NCBI GenBank assembly: GCA_964438675.1
Contig: CAYTKJ010000002.1
Coordinates: forward strand, 1 to 42,265
Length of the DNA stretch: 42,265 nucleotides
Reading direction: 5' to 3'
Source of the DNA: an uncultured Candidatus Saccharibacteria bacterium
GTDB lineage: Bacteria > Patescibacteriota > Minisyncoccia > Phycocordibacterales > Phycocordibacteraceae
Shown here: piece after piece, positions 24,825-32,810 of the stretch
How positions within the stretch are numbered: the first letter of the stretch is position 1
How the letters are laid out: each line of letters opens with the position of its first letter
The notes under the pieces: model-generated
Told to the model about the DNA's origin: nothing
Databases searched by the model: none
Seen by the model: only the letters and a program-made list of their open reading frames with translations
Translations under genes and position numbers: made by a program

Positions 24825-25922
24825 ATGCGAAGCTCTGCTGACCGTCCACTGGTGGTGCTCGCGCTCGTACTTACAGTGGTTGGTATTCTTATTTTCTTTT
24901 CTGCTGCACTTTCACTGTTACCAAAGGGAAGTGGTACGTTTGGAAACGCGCTCGCTGTGCAGGTTGTCCTTGGTCTTGGTGGTGGATTGGTCGCGCTCTT
25001 TCTACTGTCGCGCACACCGCTCACTCTCCTTAAGCGTTACGCGGTGCACTTCTTTGTTTTCTCAATATGCATGTGTGCGCTCGTGTTTGTTCCGCACATA
25101 GGCATAACTGCAAACGGTGCAACGCGCTGGCTCTCGCTCGGACCAATTACATTTCAGCCTTCAGAGTTGCTAAAAATTGCGTACGTTGTTTTGTGCGCCC
25201 GCATTCTTTCAGTCGGGCGAGACCTCGGGGCTCAGTATCGCGAGGGAGTGCTACCACTTATTGCTGTGTCGTTCATCGCAGCTGTGCTCTTGTTACTGCA
25301 ACCCGACACAGACACGCTCCTCATACTCCTCGCCACCGGCGGCGTTATGCTCTTTGCTGCAGGACTGAAACTTCGGGACATTATTGTAGGAGGGCTCATA
25401 CTTATCCTCGGATTTGGTGTGCTGGTGTATGAGCGTCCCTACTTGCGCGAACGATTTGAAACGTATCTTAACCCAACCCTAGATCAGCAGGGAGCGGGGT
25501 ACCACATAACACAGTCACTTATTGCAGTTGGGTCTGGCGAGATGTGGGGTAGAGGTTTCGGACAGAGTGTGCAAAAGTTTAACTATCTACCTGAAGCAAG
25601 TTCAGACGCTATTTTTGCTGTGTATGCTGAGGAGTTTGGATTTGTCGGTACAGTACTTTTGATACTACTATTTCTCTTTTTCGCACTTCGTGGGATGTGG
25701 GTGGCTGCGCGTGCACAGGAGCTATTCGGTGGACTGGTGGCACTAGGCTTGTCCGTGAGTATCGGTTTTCAAGCGTTTATGAATATTGGTGGCATGATCG
25801 GACTCATACCCGTCGGGGGGCTCACATTGCCATTTGTGTCACGCGGAGGGTCGGCACTCCTCATTACACTGGCCATGGTGGGTATTATTATTGCCGTGTC
25901 CCGCACTGTGCGGCATACGTAA
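24825..25922 (+). CDS. ftsW: SEDS-family peptidoglycan glycosyltransferase FtsW/RodA
   Basis: Polytopic ORF with SEDS motifs (ATRWLSLGPITFQPSELLK, LQPDTDT, SDAIFAVYAEEFGF, GLTLPFVSRGGSA). The ATG at 24825 is 2 nt after the mraY stop. The track start at 24798 is GTG. Confidence 0.9.
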   Translation: MRSSADRPLVVLALVLTVVGILIFFSAALSLLPKGSGTFGNALAVQVVLGLGGGLVALFLLSRTPLTLLKRYAVHFFVFSICMCALVFVPHIGITANGATRWLSLGPITFQPSELLKIAYVVLCARILSVGRDLGAQYREGVLPLIAVSFIAAVLLLLQPDTDTLLILLATGGVMLFAAGLKLRDIIVGGLILILGFGVLVYERPYLRERFETYLNPTLDQQGAGYHITQSLIAVGSGEMWGRGFGQSVQKFNYLPEASSDAIFAVYAEEFGFVGTVLLILLFLFFALRGMWVAARAQELFGGLVALGLSVSIGFQAFMNIGGMIGLIPVGGLTLPFVSRGGSALLITLAMVGIIIAVSRTVRHT

Positions 25923-25942
25923 GTCACTGGTATACTCGGAGT

Positions 25943-27082
25943 ATGCGTATCGTTTTCACGGGAGGGGGGAGTGGGGGGCACTTTTACCCTCTTATTGCGG
26001 TTGCAGAGGCAATCCGAGACGTAGTCACTGAGAAGAAACTTCTGGAGCCAGAGCTCTATTTTTTTGGCCCTAACGTTTTTGATGAGCGTGCACTATTTGA
26101 TAACGATATCAGGTTCATACATACGCCTGCAGGAAAGATGCGGCGATACTTTTCATTGTTAAACTTTTTTGACAGTATAAAAACTGCTCTAGGGATTTTA
26201 AAAACCCTTTGGACGCTCTATCAGCTGTACCCCGATGTCATCTTCTCGAAAGGCGGATACGGAGCGGCACCAACCTTAATAGCAGCAAAGCTTCTCCACA
26301 TACCTGTTGTCGTGCACGACTCCGACGCCATACCAGGCCGCGCAACTCTCTACGCAGCGAAATTTGCGAAGCGCATTGCGCTGAGTTTTGACTCTGCGCG
26401 TGAGTACTTACCAGAGGCAGCACGGGAGAAGGTGGCTCTTACTGGAAATCCAGTGCGCAAGGATATCCTCGTACCTGCAAAGGACGGAGTGCGCGAGTTT
26501 CTCGGAGTTGAGGAGAAGCTCCCTGTGCTACTCATTCTTGGTGGATCGCAAGGCGCTGAGGTACTAAACGATGCCATTGTGGCCGCGCTCCCAGACTTGG
26601 TAGAGCAGTATCAGGTAGTCCACCAAACTGGCGAGTTGAACTTTAAAACCGTTTCTGGGCTCGCAGATGTAGCACTAACAAAGAACGAGCGGAGGTATCG
26701 ATACAAGCCGTTCCCGTACCTTACCCCTCTTGGACTTAAGATGGCAGCTGGCGCAGCAGACTTAGTGATTAGTCGCGCTGGTGCAGGAGGCATCTACGAA
26801 ATCGCAGCGTGGGGGCTCGCATCGATACTCGTTCCACTTCCATCTGCTGCTCAAGATCATCAGCGATTTAATGCATTTGCCTATGCGCATGCTGGTGCGT
26901 GTGTAGTATTGGAACAACAGAATCTGACACCGCACCTTCTTGTCGCTGAAATCAACCGCCTGTTCATCAATCCGAAAGCGCGCAATGATATGGCAGAAGC
27001 TGCAAAGAAGTTTTCAAAACCGGATGCGGCTCGGGTAATTGCAGAAGGTGTGCTCGATATTGCGCTCGAACATACCTCATGA
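25943..27082 (+). CDS. murG: UDP-N-acetylglucosamine--lipid I GlcNAc transferase MurG
   Basis: MRIVFTGGGSGGHFYPLIAVA is the N-terminal MurG G-loop. TGGTATACT + 6 nt lies before the ATG at 25943. The 82-codon upstream extension in the track overlaps ftsW and is an ORF artefact. Confidence 0.93.
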   Translation: MRIVFTGGGSGGHFYPLIAVAEAIRDVVTEKKLLEPELYFFGPNVFDERALFDNDIRFIHTPAGKMRRYFSLLNFFDSIKTALGILKTLWTLYQLYPDVIFSKGGYGAAPTLIAAKLLHIPVVVHDSDAIPGRATLYAAKFAKRIALSFDSAREYLPEAAREKVALTGNPVRKDILVPAKDGVREFLGVEEKLPVLLILGGSQGAEVLNDAIVAALPDLVEQYQVVHQTGELNFKTVSGLADVALTKNERRYRYKPFPYLTPLGLKMAAGAADLVISRAGAGGIYEIAAWGLASILVPLPSAAQDHQRFNAFAYAHAGACVVLEQQNLTPHLLVAEINRLFINPKARNDMAEAAKKFSKPDAARVIAEGVLDIALEHTS

Positions 27083-28416
27083 AAAAAGTCGTCACTCGTT
27101 TTCCGCCGTCGCCTACAGGCTCATTGCATATCGGTAATGTGCGTACCGCGATTTTTAATTACTTGTATGCGAGAAACGTTGGTGGCTCGTTTATCGTTCG
27201 CGTTGAGGATACGGATAAGGAGCGATCGCGACGCGAGTATGAAGATGGCATGAAGGCGAGTGTGACGTGGCTTGGCCTTGCCTGGGACAACGATGTGGTC
27301 TGGCGTCAAAGTGAACGTACTGAAGTATATACGAAGTATCTAAGAGCACTGATTGATAGTGGACATGCGTACCTATCGCAAGAAATAGAGGGTGCGAACC
27401 GTGAAGTGGTGCGCTTTAAGAACCCAAACAAGTTGATTACATTTCACGACCTCATACGTGGAGACGTAACCATCGATACCACAGATCTTGGCGATTTTAT
27501 TATTGCGCGCAATATCACTGACCCGGTGTACCACATGGCAGTAGTGGTAGATGATTTTGAGGGGGGTGTAACACACGTCATTCGTGGCGAGGATCATGTG
27601 TCGAATACTCCACGCCAGATTTTAATCCAGGAAGCTATCGGTGCGCCACGTCCCACATACGCACACTTGCCACTTATTGTTGCGAAAGACCGCTCGAAGT
27701 TGTCGAAGCGAAAGCATGGTGCAGCAGTGTCCTTAGACTACTACCGTCAAAAAGGATTCCTTCCTGAAGGCATCCTAAATTATCTTACGCTTCTCGGATG
27801 GAACCCTGGTACTGATCAGGAAATTTTTTCACTTGAAGAGCTGATCCCAGCGTTCTCTTTCGACCAGGTCCAGAAAAGCTCGGCAGTGTTTGATGAGACG
27901 AAGCTGCGTTGGGTGAATCGTGAACATATGCTCCGGATGACACCCGAGGCATTTTGGGAACACGCAGAAGAATTTTTGAGTGAGGAAACAGTCACCATGC
28001 TTGACTCGACTGGTCGCTGGCGAGAGACGGTTTCAGTTATGCGGGAACGTGCATCAACCTTTGGTGATATTCGTGAGGCCGATGAGGCAGGGGAGTACCG
28101 ATACTACTACGAGGCACCGCCCTTAAAGCCCGAGCAATTGCTCTGGAAGGATGAGCCGGCAAGCGCTACAAAAGAACGCCTAGAGCGAATTTCAGGCCTT
28201 TTGGAGGGTATTCCTGACCCATGGACTACCGATTCGGTAAAAGCCGCAGTATGGGACTATGCTGAAAAAGAGGGTAGGGGTCAAGTTTTGTGGCCGATGC
28301 GCTACGCGCTCTCGGGTAAGGATAAGTCACCTGACCCCTTCACTATTGCGGGTATCATAGGAAGAGATGAGACGCTACGACGTGTTGCGAGTGCTGCTTC
28401 TTTGCTTGCTGCTTAG
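27079..28416 (+). CDS. gltX: glutamate--tRNA ligase
   Basis: 445-aa ORF with RFPPSPTGSLHIGNVRTA (HIGH) and KLSKR (KMSKS). The ATGA start overlaps the murG stop. Confidence 0.94.
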   Translation: MKKVVTRFPPSPTGSLHIGNVRTAIFNYLYARNVGGSFIVRVEDTDKERSRREYEDGMKASVTWLGLAWDNDVVWRQSERTEVYTKYLRALIDSGHAYLSQEIEGANREVVRFKNPNKLITFHDLIRGDVTIDTTDLGDFIIARNITDPVYHMAVVVDDFEGGVTHVIRGEDHVSNTPRQILIQEAIGAPRPTYAHLPLIVAKDRSKLSKRKHGAAVSLDYYRQKGFLPEGILNYLTLLGWNPGTDQEIFSLEELIPAFSFDQVQKSSAVFDETKLRWVNREHMLRMTPEAFWEHAEEFLSEETVTMLDSTGRWRETVSVMRERASTFGDIREADEAGEYRYYYEAPPLKPEQLLWKDEPASATKERLERISGLLEGIPDPWTTDSVKAAVWDYAEKEGRGQVLWPMRYALSGKDKSPDPFTIAGIIGRDETLRRVASAASLLAA

Positions 28417-29686
28417 CACTTCTGTTGCCTATGCAGATACTGCGAGTACCATACGTACTCGTATAGCCGAGCAGCAGCAGAAAATTGCTGCACTTGAGAA
28501 AGAGATTGCTGAATTTGAATCTAAACTTCTAGAGATTGGAAAGAATAAATCAACCCTAGCATCTGAAATTACACGACTCGACACGTCCAGAAAAAAACTT
28601 TCCTCAAGTATAACGTCAACGCAAGACAGGGTTAAAAAGGCGAACTTAGAGATAGCCCGACTGTCTGACGAGATTACTGATCGCTCGCTGAAGATTGAGC
28701 GCGGACGGATTGCTATTCAATCATCACTACGCACGGTTCAAAAGGCTGACGATATGACATTGTTAGAACAGTTTTATTCTGCTGCTGGGTTTGAAGTTTT
28801 CTGGAGAGATATTGATAGCCTGACACGACTACAACACACTATTCACGACACAGCAGCAGCGCTTGCGCTTGAAAAAGTGGCACTTGCTGACACACGCGAA
28901 GGCGTAAGTGAACAGAAGGCGGAACTGTCATCTCTTGCAGTACAACTGAGTGGACAGAAGTCTGTACTTGATCAAAACAGATCGGAGCAGGCCACCTTAC
29001 TTGCCCAAACAAAACAAAGTGAAGTTGCGTACCAAAAATTGTTGAAAGAAAAGCAGGAAGCACGCGCACAGTTTGAGCAAGAGCTTTCTCAGTTTGAGTC
29101 TCAGCTTGAATATACACTTAACCCGTCGGCACTCCCACGTGCTGGAAAGGGAGTACTTGGGTGGCCTGTCGATCCAGACTTTATGTCGCGCTGCGCGGAT
29201 CGACAATCGACATTTAAAAATCTCTTTTGTCTGACTCAATACTTCGGATATACAGAGTTTGCGCGTTCAGGTGCGTACAAGGGGTCGCCACATAACGGTA
29301 TAGACTTCGGCACTCCTACAGGTACAAAAATTGTTGCTGCGGCCTCAGGTACTGTTCGGGCGGTGGGTAACACCGACGAGTATCGCGGGTGTTACAGCTA
29401 CGGTAAGTGGGTCCTGGTTGAACACGGTAATGGACTGACTTCGCTCTATGCACACCTTTCGCATATATCAGTCTCTGAAGGTAGTGCGGTGCCACGCAGC
29501 GGACTCGTCGGCTACTCAGGCAAGACAGGCTACGCAACAGGACCGCATCTCCACTTCACACTTTTCGCTTCTGACGGAGTACGCTTAGTGCGCCTAGGTG
29601 ATATAAAATCGAAAACAAACTGCGCAAATGCCACTGTCCCCGTTGCCCCCACCAGTGCATATCTTGATCCACTTACGTATCTTTAG
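28367..29686 (+). CDS. M23/LytM-family peptidoglycan endopeptidase with long coiled-coil (EnvC-like architecture)
   Basis: 439-aa ORF with a signal peptide (LLLCLLLSTSVAYA) and ~230 aa of coiled coil. The LytM motifs HNGIDF and GPHLHF are intact. The 5' end overlaps gltX by 50 nt. Confidence 0.88.
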   Translation: MRRYDVLRVLLLCLLLSTSVAYADTASTIRTRIAEQQQKIAALEKEIAEFESKLLEIGKNKSTLASEITRLDTSRKKLSSSITSTQDRVKKANLEIARLSDEITDRSLKIERGRIAIQSSLRTVQKADDMTLLEQFYSAAGFEVFWRDIDSLTRLQHTIHDTAAALALEKVALADTREGVSEQKAELSSLAVQLSGQKSVLDQNRSEQATLLAQTKQSEVAYQKLLKEKQEARAQFEQELSQFESQLEYTLNPSALPRAGKGVLGWPVDPDFMSRCADRQSTFKNLFCLTQYFGYTEFARSGAYKGSPHNGIDFGTPTGTKIVAAASGTVRAVGNTDEYRGCYSYGKWVLVEHGNGLTSLYAHLSHISVSEGSAVPRSGLVGYSGKTGYATGPHLHFTLFASDGVRLVRLGDIKSKTNCANATVPVAPTSAYLDPLTYL

Positions 29687-29747
29687 GGAGGTATACTTTG
29701 TATTAAAGGTCGAGTTTACTTAGTCATTGTTGTTGTGCATAACACAC

Positions 29748-29948
29748 ATGAAACTACTCCACACAATAGCGTTCATCCTAGTCATAGTTGGCGGACTCAA
29801 CTGGGGTCTTGTCGCGCTTGGCTTTAATGCAGTGAGCATGATTTTTGGTACATGGCCAGTGGTCGAGCAAGTGGTATACCTCTTGGTTGGACTTTCTGCC
29901 GTCTATCTCGTTATAGCTCGAAATCAGGCTCCGGCTCCAAGCATGTAA
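29748..29948 (+). CDS. small two-TM membrane protein, DUF378-like
   Basis: 66 aa from the ATG at 29748: MKLLHTIAFILVIVGGLNWGLVALGFN..., a pattern I associate with DUF378. The track start at 29727 is TTG. Confidence 0.65.
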   Translation: MKLLHTIAFILVIVGGLNWGLVALGFNAVSMIFGTWPVVEQVVYLLVGLSAVYLVIARNQAPAPSM

Positions 29949-29966
29949 GACACGCGCTAGGTGCAC

Positions 29967-29999
29967 AAAAAGCCTCCATAGAAACCGGAGGCTTTTTTG
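29967..29999. terminator. bidirectional rho-independent terminator between convergent genes
   Basis: The AGCCTCC stem (29971-29977) pairs with GGAGGCT (29987-29993). It is flanked by an A-run upstream and a T-run downstream, so it reads as hairpin + U-tract on both strands. Confidence 0.75.
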
Positions 30000-30095
30000 T
30001 TTGGTATTTAGTTACCGCCTGAGAGTACTTCGCAAAAGATATATTGTGCGAAGTATACTGTTTAGCTCCCCTTTCTCTTCAGGTCACCAAATGTA

Positions 30096-30497
30096 CTACG
30101 GCAACTTAGCCTTACCCCAGCACGGGCGTGATGAGCTCCAAGGTTGTGTGCCTTCTTTTTCGTATAGGTACTTTGCATACTTAAGGTTGCCATTCAGTGA
30201 ATGCAGGTCTATGCCTAACTCCGATGCCTTTGCTCCATGGTAGTACGTATTGATCTGCATCACCCCAATGTCACTTTTATTGACTACGCCTCTAAAAATC
30301 TCACCCTCTGGAGTGAGGTGTCGGAATCGTGACTCGCACCATGCAATGTCTGCCATGATCGGAGTCTCAGAAAAGTATTCGCGAACGTACGAACCCAAGG
30401 TCTCAGGATTCTTTGCTAACTCATAATCTGCTGTGGCGGTAAGTGCTACAGGGGCCGTAAATGCGGCACCTGCAAGTAGAAGAAGAATTGGAAGCAT
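30096..30497 (-). CDS. secreted lysozyme-like / lytic transglycosylase-like protein
   Basis: 133-aa ORF with a signal peptide (MLPILLLLAGAAFTAPVA) and an SLT-like pattern: WCESRF (Glu-Ser), DIGVMQIN, and Tyr-rich YAKYLY. Confidence 0.65.
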   Translation of the reverse strand: MLPILLLLAGAAFTAPVALTATADYELAKNPETLGSYVREYFSETPIMADIAWCESRFRHLTPEGEIFRGVVNKSDIGVMQINTYYHGAKASELGIDLHSLNGNLKYAKYLYEKEGTQPWSSSRPCWGKAKLP

Positions 30498-30530
30498 ATA
30501 AAAAAGCCGCCCGACGGCGACTTCTTTATT

Positions 30531-30559
30531 AGCTTAGCACTTGACCTACCCCTTGTCAA
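30531..30559 (-). promoter_or_regulatory. sigma70-type promoter TTGACA-17nt-TAAGCT for the lysozyme-like gene, overlapped by inverted repeat CTTGAC-N9-GTCAAG
   Basis: On the minus strand the -35 TTGACA is the reverse complement of 30554-30559 and the -10 TAAGCT is the reverse complement of 30531-30536, with an exact 17-nt spacer. Inverted-repeat arms lie at 30540-30545 and 30555-30560. Confidence 0.5.
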
Positions 30560-30608
30560 GTCCACACAACAACAGAATATCAATTATACGGCTCTACAAA
30601 GCCAAAAA

Positions 30609-31325
30609 CTAGCACTTTACTGATGTTAGTATTTTCTCGTATGCATCGTCAGCGTTGTCGACTATGACGAAGAGGTCTAGGTCGTCTTTACTTATCGCGC
30701 GTTGCTCTTTATAGAGCACATCTTCAATGAGTGTCATGAGCGGTTCCCAGAACGCCTTTCCGTAAAGTACGATCGGTATCCGCTTTACCTTGTTTGTCTG
30801 GACCAAGGTCAAAATCTCGAAGAGCTCATCAAGCGTACCGTACCCACCAGGAAAGAAAATGTAGACCTCGGACGCAAACGATAGCATTACTCGGCGAGTA
30901 AAGAAGTAGTTAAACGTGAACTCTTCAGTTAGGTGCGGATTACTTCCCTGCTCTTGCGGAAGTCGGATATTAAGGCCGACCGAACTACCCCCCGCGTCAA
31001 ACGCCCCCTTAGACGCAGCGCCCATAATCCCCTGCGCCCCGCCAGTTATAATTGCAAACCCGGAAAGTGCGAGTCGTCGAGCAAGCTCCTCAGCGTCCGC
31101 GTACATCCGAGGGTCCTTAAGTGTCGAGCGTGCTGACCCAAAAAATGAAGCCGCAAGCGTATATTTTTTAAGGAGGTCGAAGCCTTGAATAAGCTCATCC
31201 ATAATCTTTAAGATGCGCCAGCTCTCCATTGGTCGAGTATGATCGGTTTTCACCGGGTCGCAGACGCGCAACTCACCCTCCATGCGGTGGATAGTTGGCG
31301 GAACAATGCTTTTGTTTGGATCCAT
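30609..31325 (-). CDS. LOG-family (TIGR00730-type) nucleotide phosphoribohydrolase-like protein
   Basis: Motifs GGAQGIMGAASKGA and PGGYGTLDELFE. The ATG at 31325 lies 1 nt after the upstream stop. The longer track ORF starts with TTG at 31379. Confidence 0.87.
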   Translation of the reverse strand: MDPNKSIVPPTIHRMEGELRVCDPVKTDHTRPMESWRILKIMDELIQGFDLLKKYTLAASFFGSARSTLKDPRMYADAEELARRLALSGFAIITGGAQGIMGAASKGAFDAGGSSVGLNIRLPQEQGSNPHLTEEFTFNYFFTRRVMLSFASEVYIFFPGGYGTLDELFEILTLVQTNKVKRIPIVLYGKAFWEPLMTLIEDVLYKEQRAISKDDLDLFVIVDNADDAYEKILTSVKC

Positions 31326-31326
31326 A

Positions 31327-31944
31327 CTAAGTAAGTGTATCTGACATTTTCGTGTCCCACGGTATATCAAAGACAGCAAAGTCGGGGAGAATTTTCTGAT
31401 TGTATAAAAGACGGGATGCTACTTCAGCATGGCAGAGCGCACCTGTAAGCGCGTTATGTGGACGGGGCTCCTCTGGAACGCCACAATAGGACAATATGAA
31501 ATCGAGGTTGATAGCGCTGTGATGATGCCCCGCATCGAACGGAGGCGTTGCGCCTCGGCGGACCATGTGGGCATAGCAGAGCGTATGTGTGTCTAGAGAA
31601 CGATGTGGAAACGGATAGTTAATATGGTAGCGCGCACAGGCTGACTCGATAAAACTCCTATCGAAGGCCGGATTCTGACCAACAAATGTCCAGTCTCTGA
31701 GCGCTGTGGCCCAAGCTATGAAAGACCGGATCAGCTCTTCCTCTCGCTGCCAGCCAGGACTCCGTGCCTGCTTTTCAGTTAAGCCATTTATTGCAAGAGC
31801 CTCAGGCTCCATGTGCGCTCCTTCAAAAGCACGGCACTCACCATAAAATTGGTTTGTCGGATTCTCGAGATCAACTGCGCCTATAGCGAGAATAGAGTGT
31901 ACATTCGGGTTTGTACCCGTCGTCTCGACATCAACTGCGATCAT
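31327..31944 (-). CDS. DEDD-family (DnaQ-like) 3'-5' exonuclease domain protein
   Basis: 205-aa ORF. Exo I is IAVDVETTG and Exo II is GQNPAFDRSFI. The Exo III region reads HNALTGA, where H-x4-D is expected. Confidence 0.78.
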   Translation of the reverse strand: MIAVDVETTGTNPNVHSILAIGAVDLENPTNQFYGECRAFEGAHMEPEALAINGLTEKQARSPGWQREEELIRSFIAWATALRDWTFVGQNPAFDRSFIESACARYHINYPFPHRSLDTHTLCYAHMVRRGATPPFDAGHHHSAINLDFILSYCGVPEEPRPHNALTGALCHAEVASRLLYNQKILPDFAVFDIPWDTKMSDTLT

Positions 31945-32086
31945 ACACTTGAAACTGTGACTGAGTACCGTACCAAACTGACACTCGGCCCATTTGGAAC
32001 GCAGCTGAGAGCGACAAGAGTACGAGAATGATGGTCAGGATATCGTACCTGTGTAGAGTGAGAAATGTCTTGATTTTGGACTCCAT
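31931..32086 (-). CDS. hypothetical 51-aa single-TM protein
   Basis: The ATG at 32086 (MESKIKTF...ILTIILVLLSLSAAF...) is preceded by TATACT + 7 nt. The ORF overlaps the exonuclease start by 14 nt. The track start at 32116 is TTG and would overlap rpmA. Confidence 0.35.
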   Translation of the reverse strand: MESKIKTFLTLHRYDILTIILVLLSLSAAFQMGRVSVWYGTQSQFQVYDRS

Positions 32087-32092
32087 AGCTGG

Positions 32093-32099
32093 TAGTATA
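32093..32099. promoter_or_regulatory. overlapping divergent -10 boxes in the 20-bp gap between the 51-aa ORF and rpmA
   Basis: On plus, TGGTAGTAT (hexamer 32093-32098) lies 8 nt before the ATG at 32107. On minus, TATACT (reverse complement of 32094-32099) lies 7 nt before the ATG at 32086. Confidence 0.45.
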
Positions 32100-32106
32100 T
32101 CAGGGT

Positions 32107-32379
32107 ATGGCAACAAAAAAGGCAGCCGGTTCCGCCAAAAACATTTCGTATAACAACCCCCAGTATTTGGGTATCAAACTGTATGCTGGCGAACATGCAA
32201 AAGTGGGTAACATTATTGTCAGACAGCGCGGCACGCGCTTTATGGCTGGTAAAAACGCGCGCCTTGCTAAGGACCACTCTATTTTTGCAATGAAAGCTGG
32301 CACCGTGGCCTATCGAGCAATTCGCAAAACTAAGTTTGACGGGTCTATGGTTCGTCGCCAAAAAGTCGACGTTGTTTAG
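32107..32379 (+). CDS. rpmA: 50S ribosomal protein L27
   Basis: 90-aa ORF: KKAAGSAKN......YLGIKLYAGE.AKVGNIIVRQRGTRF.AGKN. Confidence 0.96.
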   Translation: MATKKAAGSAKNISYNNPQYLGIKLYAGEHAKVGNIIVRQRGTRFMAGKNARLAKDHSIFAMKAGTVAYRAIRKTKFDGSMVRRQKVDVV

Positions 32380-32810
32380 ACTATAACGAGGATCCTTGCT
32401 TTAATTCCGAGTACGTCTAAGGGCACCGTATAGGTGCCCTTTTGCTTTATGGGGTGCTCCAGTTTGAGTGCCCCTCCCGGGAGGTCAGTTCCCCACTGTT
32501 TTTTGATTTCGGCAAGCACGTGAATCGAGTGGAGTGATTTAAAGAGTGTTCCCGTAGGACTTGCCTTTTCAGCAATATGCAACGATTTGCCGTCTATCTC
32601 GGAAAGGATAACCCGTGCGCGCTCTACATTTTGGTCGACGCGATTACGTGCTACGGCGACAGCGTTCATGTGGCGCTTTAAGTTCTCCGCAGTTGCTGGC
32701 AGCGCCTTCTTTTGTGGAATAAGAACATTGAGTGCGTACCCCGAAGCGACGGTCACCACACTCCCTCGCTGTCCAACTTTTTTAACGTCTACAAGTAAAA
32801 TTACATCCAT
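32376..32810 (-). CDS. rplI: 50S ribosomal protein L9
   Basis: 144-aa ORF: MDVILLVDVKKVGQRGSVVTVASGYALNVLIPQKKA, the L9 N-terminal domain. Its stop overlaps the rpmA stop by 4 nt (convergent genes). Confidence 0.9.
   Translation of the reverse strand: MDVILLVDVKKVGQRGSVVTVASGYALNVLIPQKKALPATAENLKRHMNAVAVARNRVDQNVERARVILSEIDGKSLHIAEKASPTGTLFKSLHSIHVLAEIKKQWGTDLPGGALKLEHPIKQKGTYTVPLDVLGIKARILVIV
32419..32448 (+). terminator. rho-independent terminator for rpmA embedded in the rplI coding region
   Basis: AAGGGCACC (32419-32427) pairs with GGTGCCCTT (32433-32441) around a 5-nt loop, followed by TTGCTTT. Confidence 0.6.

Noticed and set aside
25697-25942. An 82-codon N-terminal extension of the murG ORF in the six-frame track.
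   Set aside because: It fully overlaps the 3' part of ftsW in another frame and is Arg/Gly/Cys/His-rich with low complexity. The canonical MurG N-terminus (MRIVFTGGGSGGH) begins at 25943, with its own -10 box.
30001-30243. An 80-aa plus-strand ORF (TTG start).
   Set aside because: It spans a terminator-adjacent hairpin region and runs antisense into the lysozyme-like gene. It has no supporting signals.
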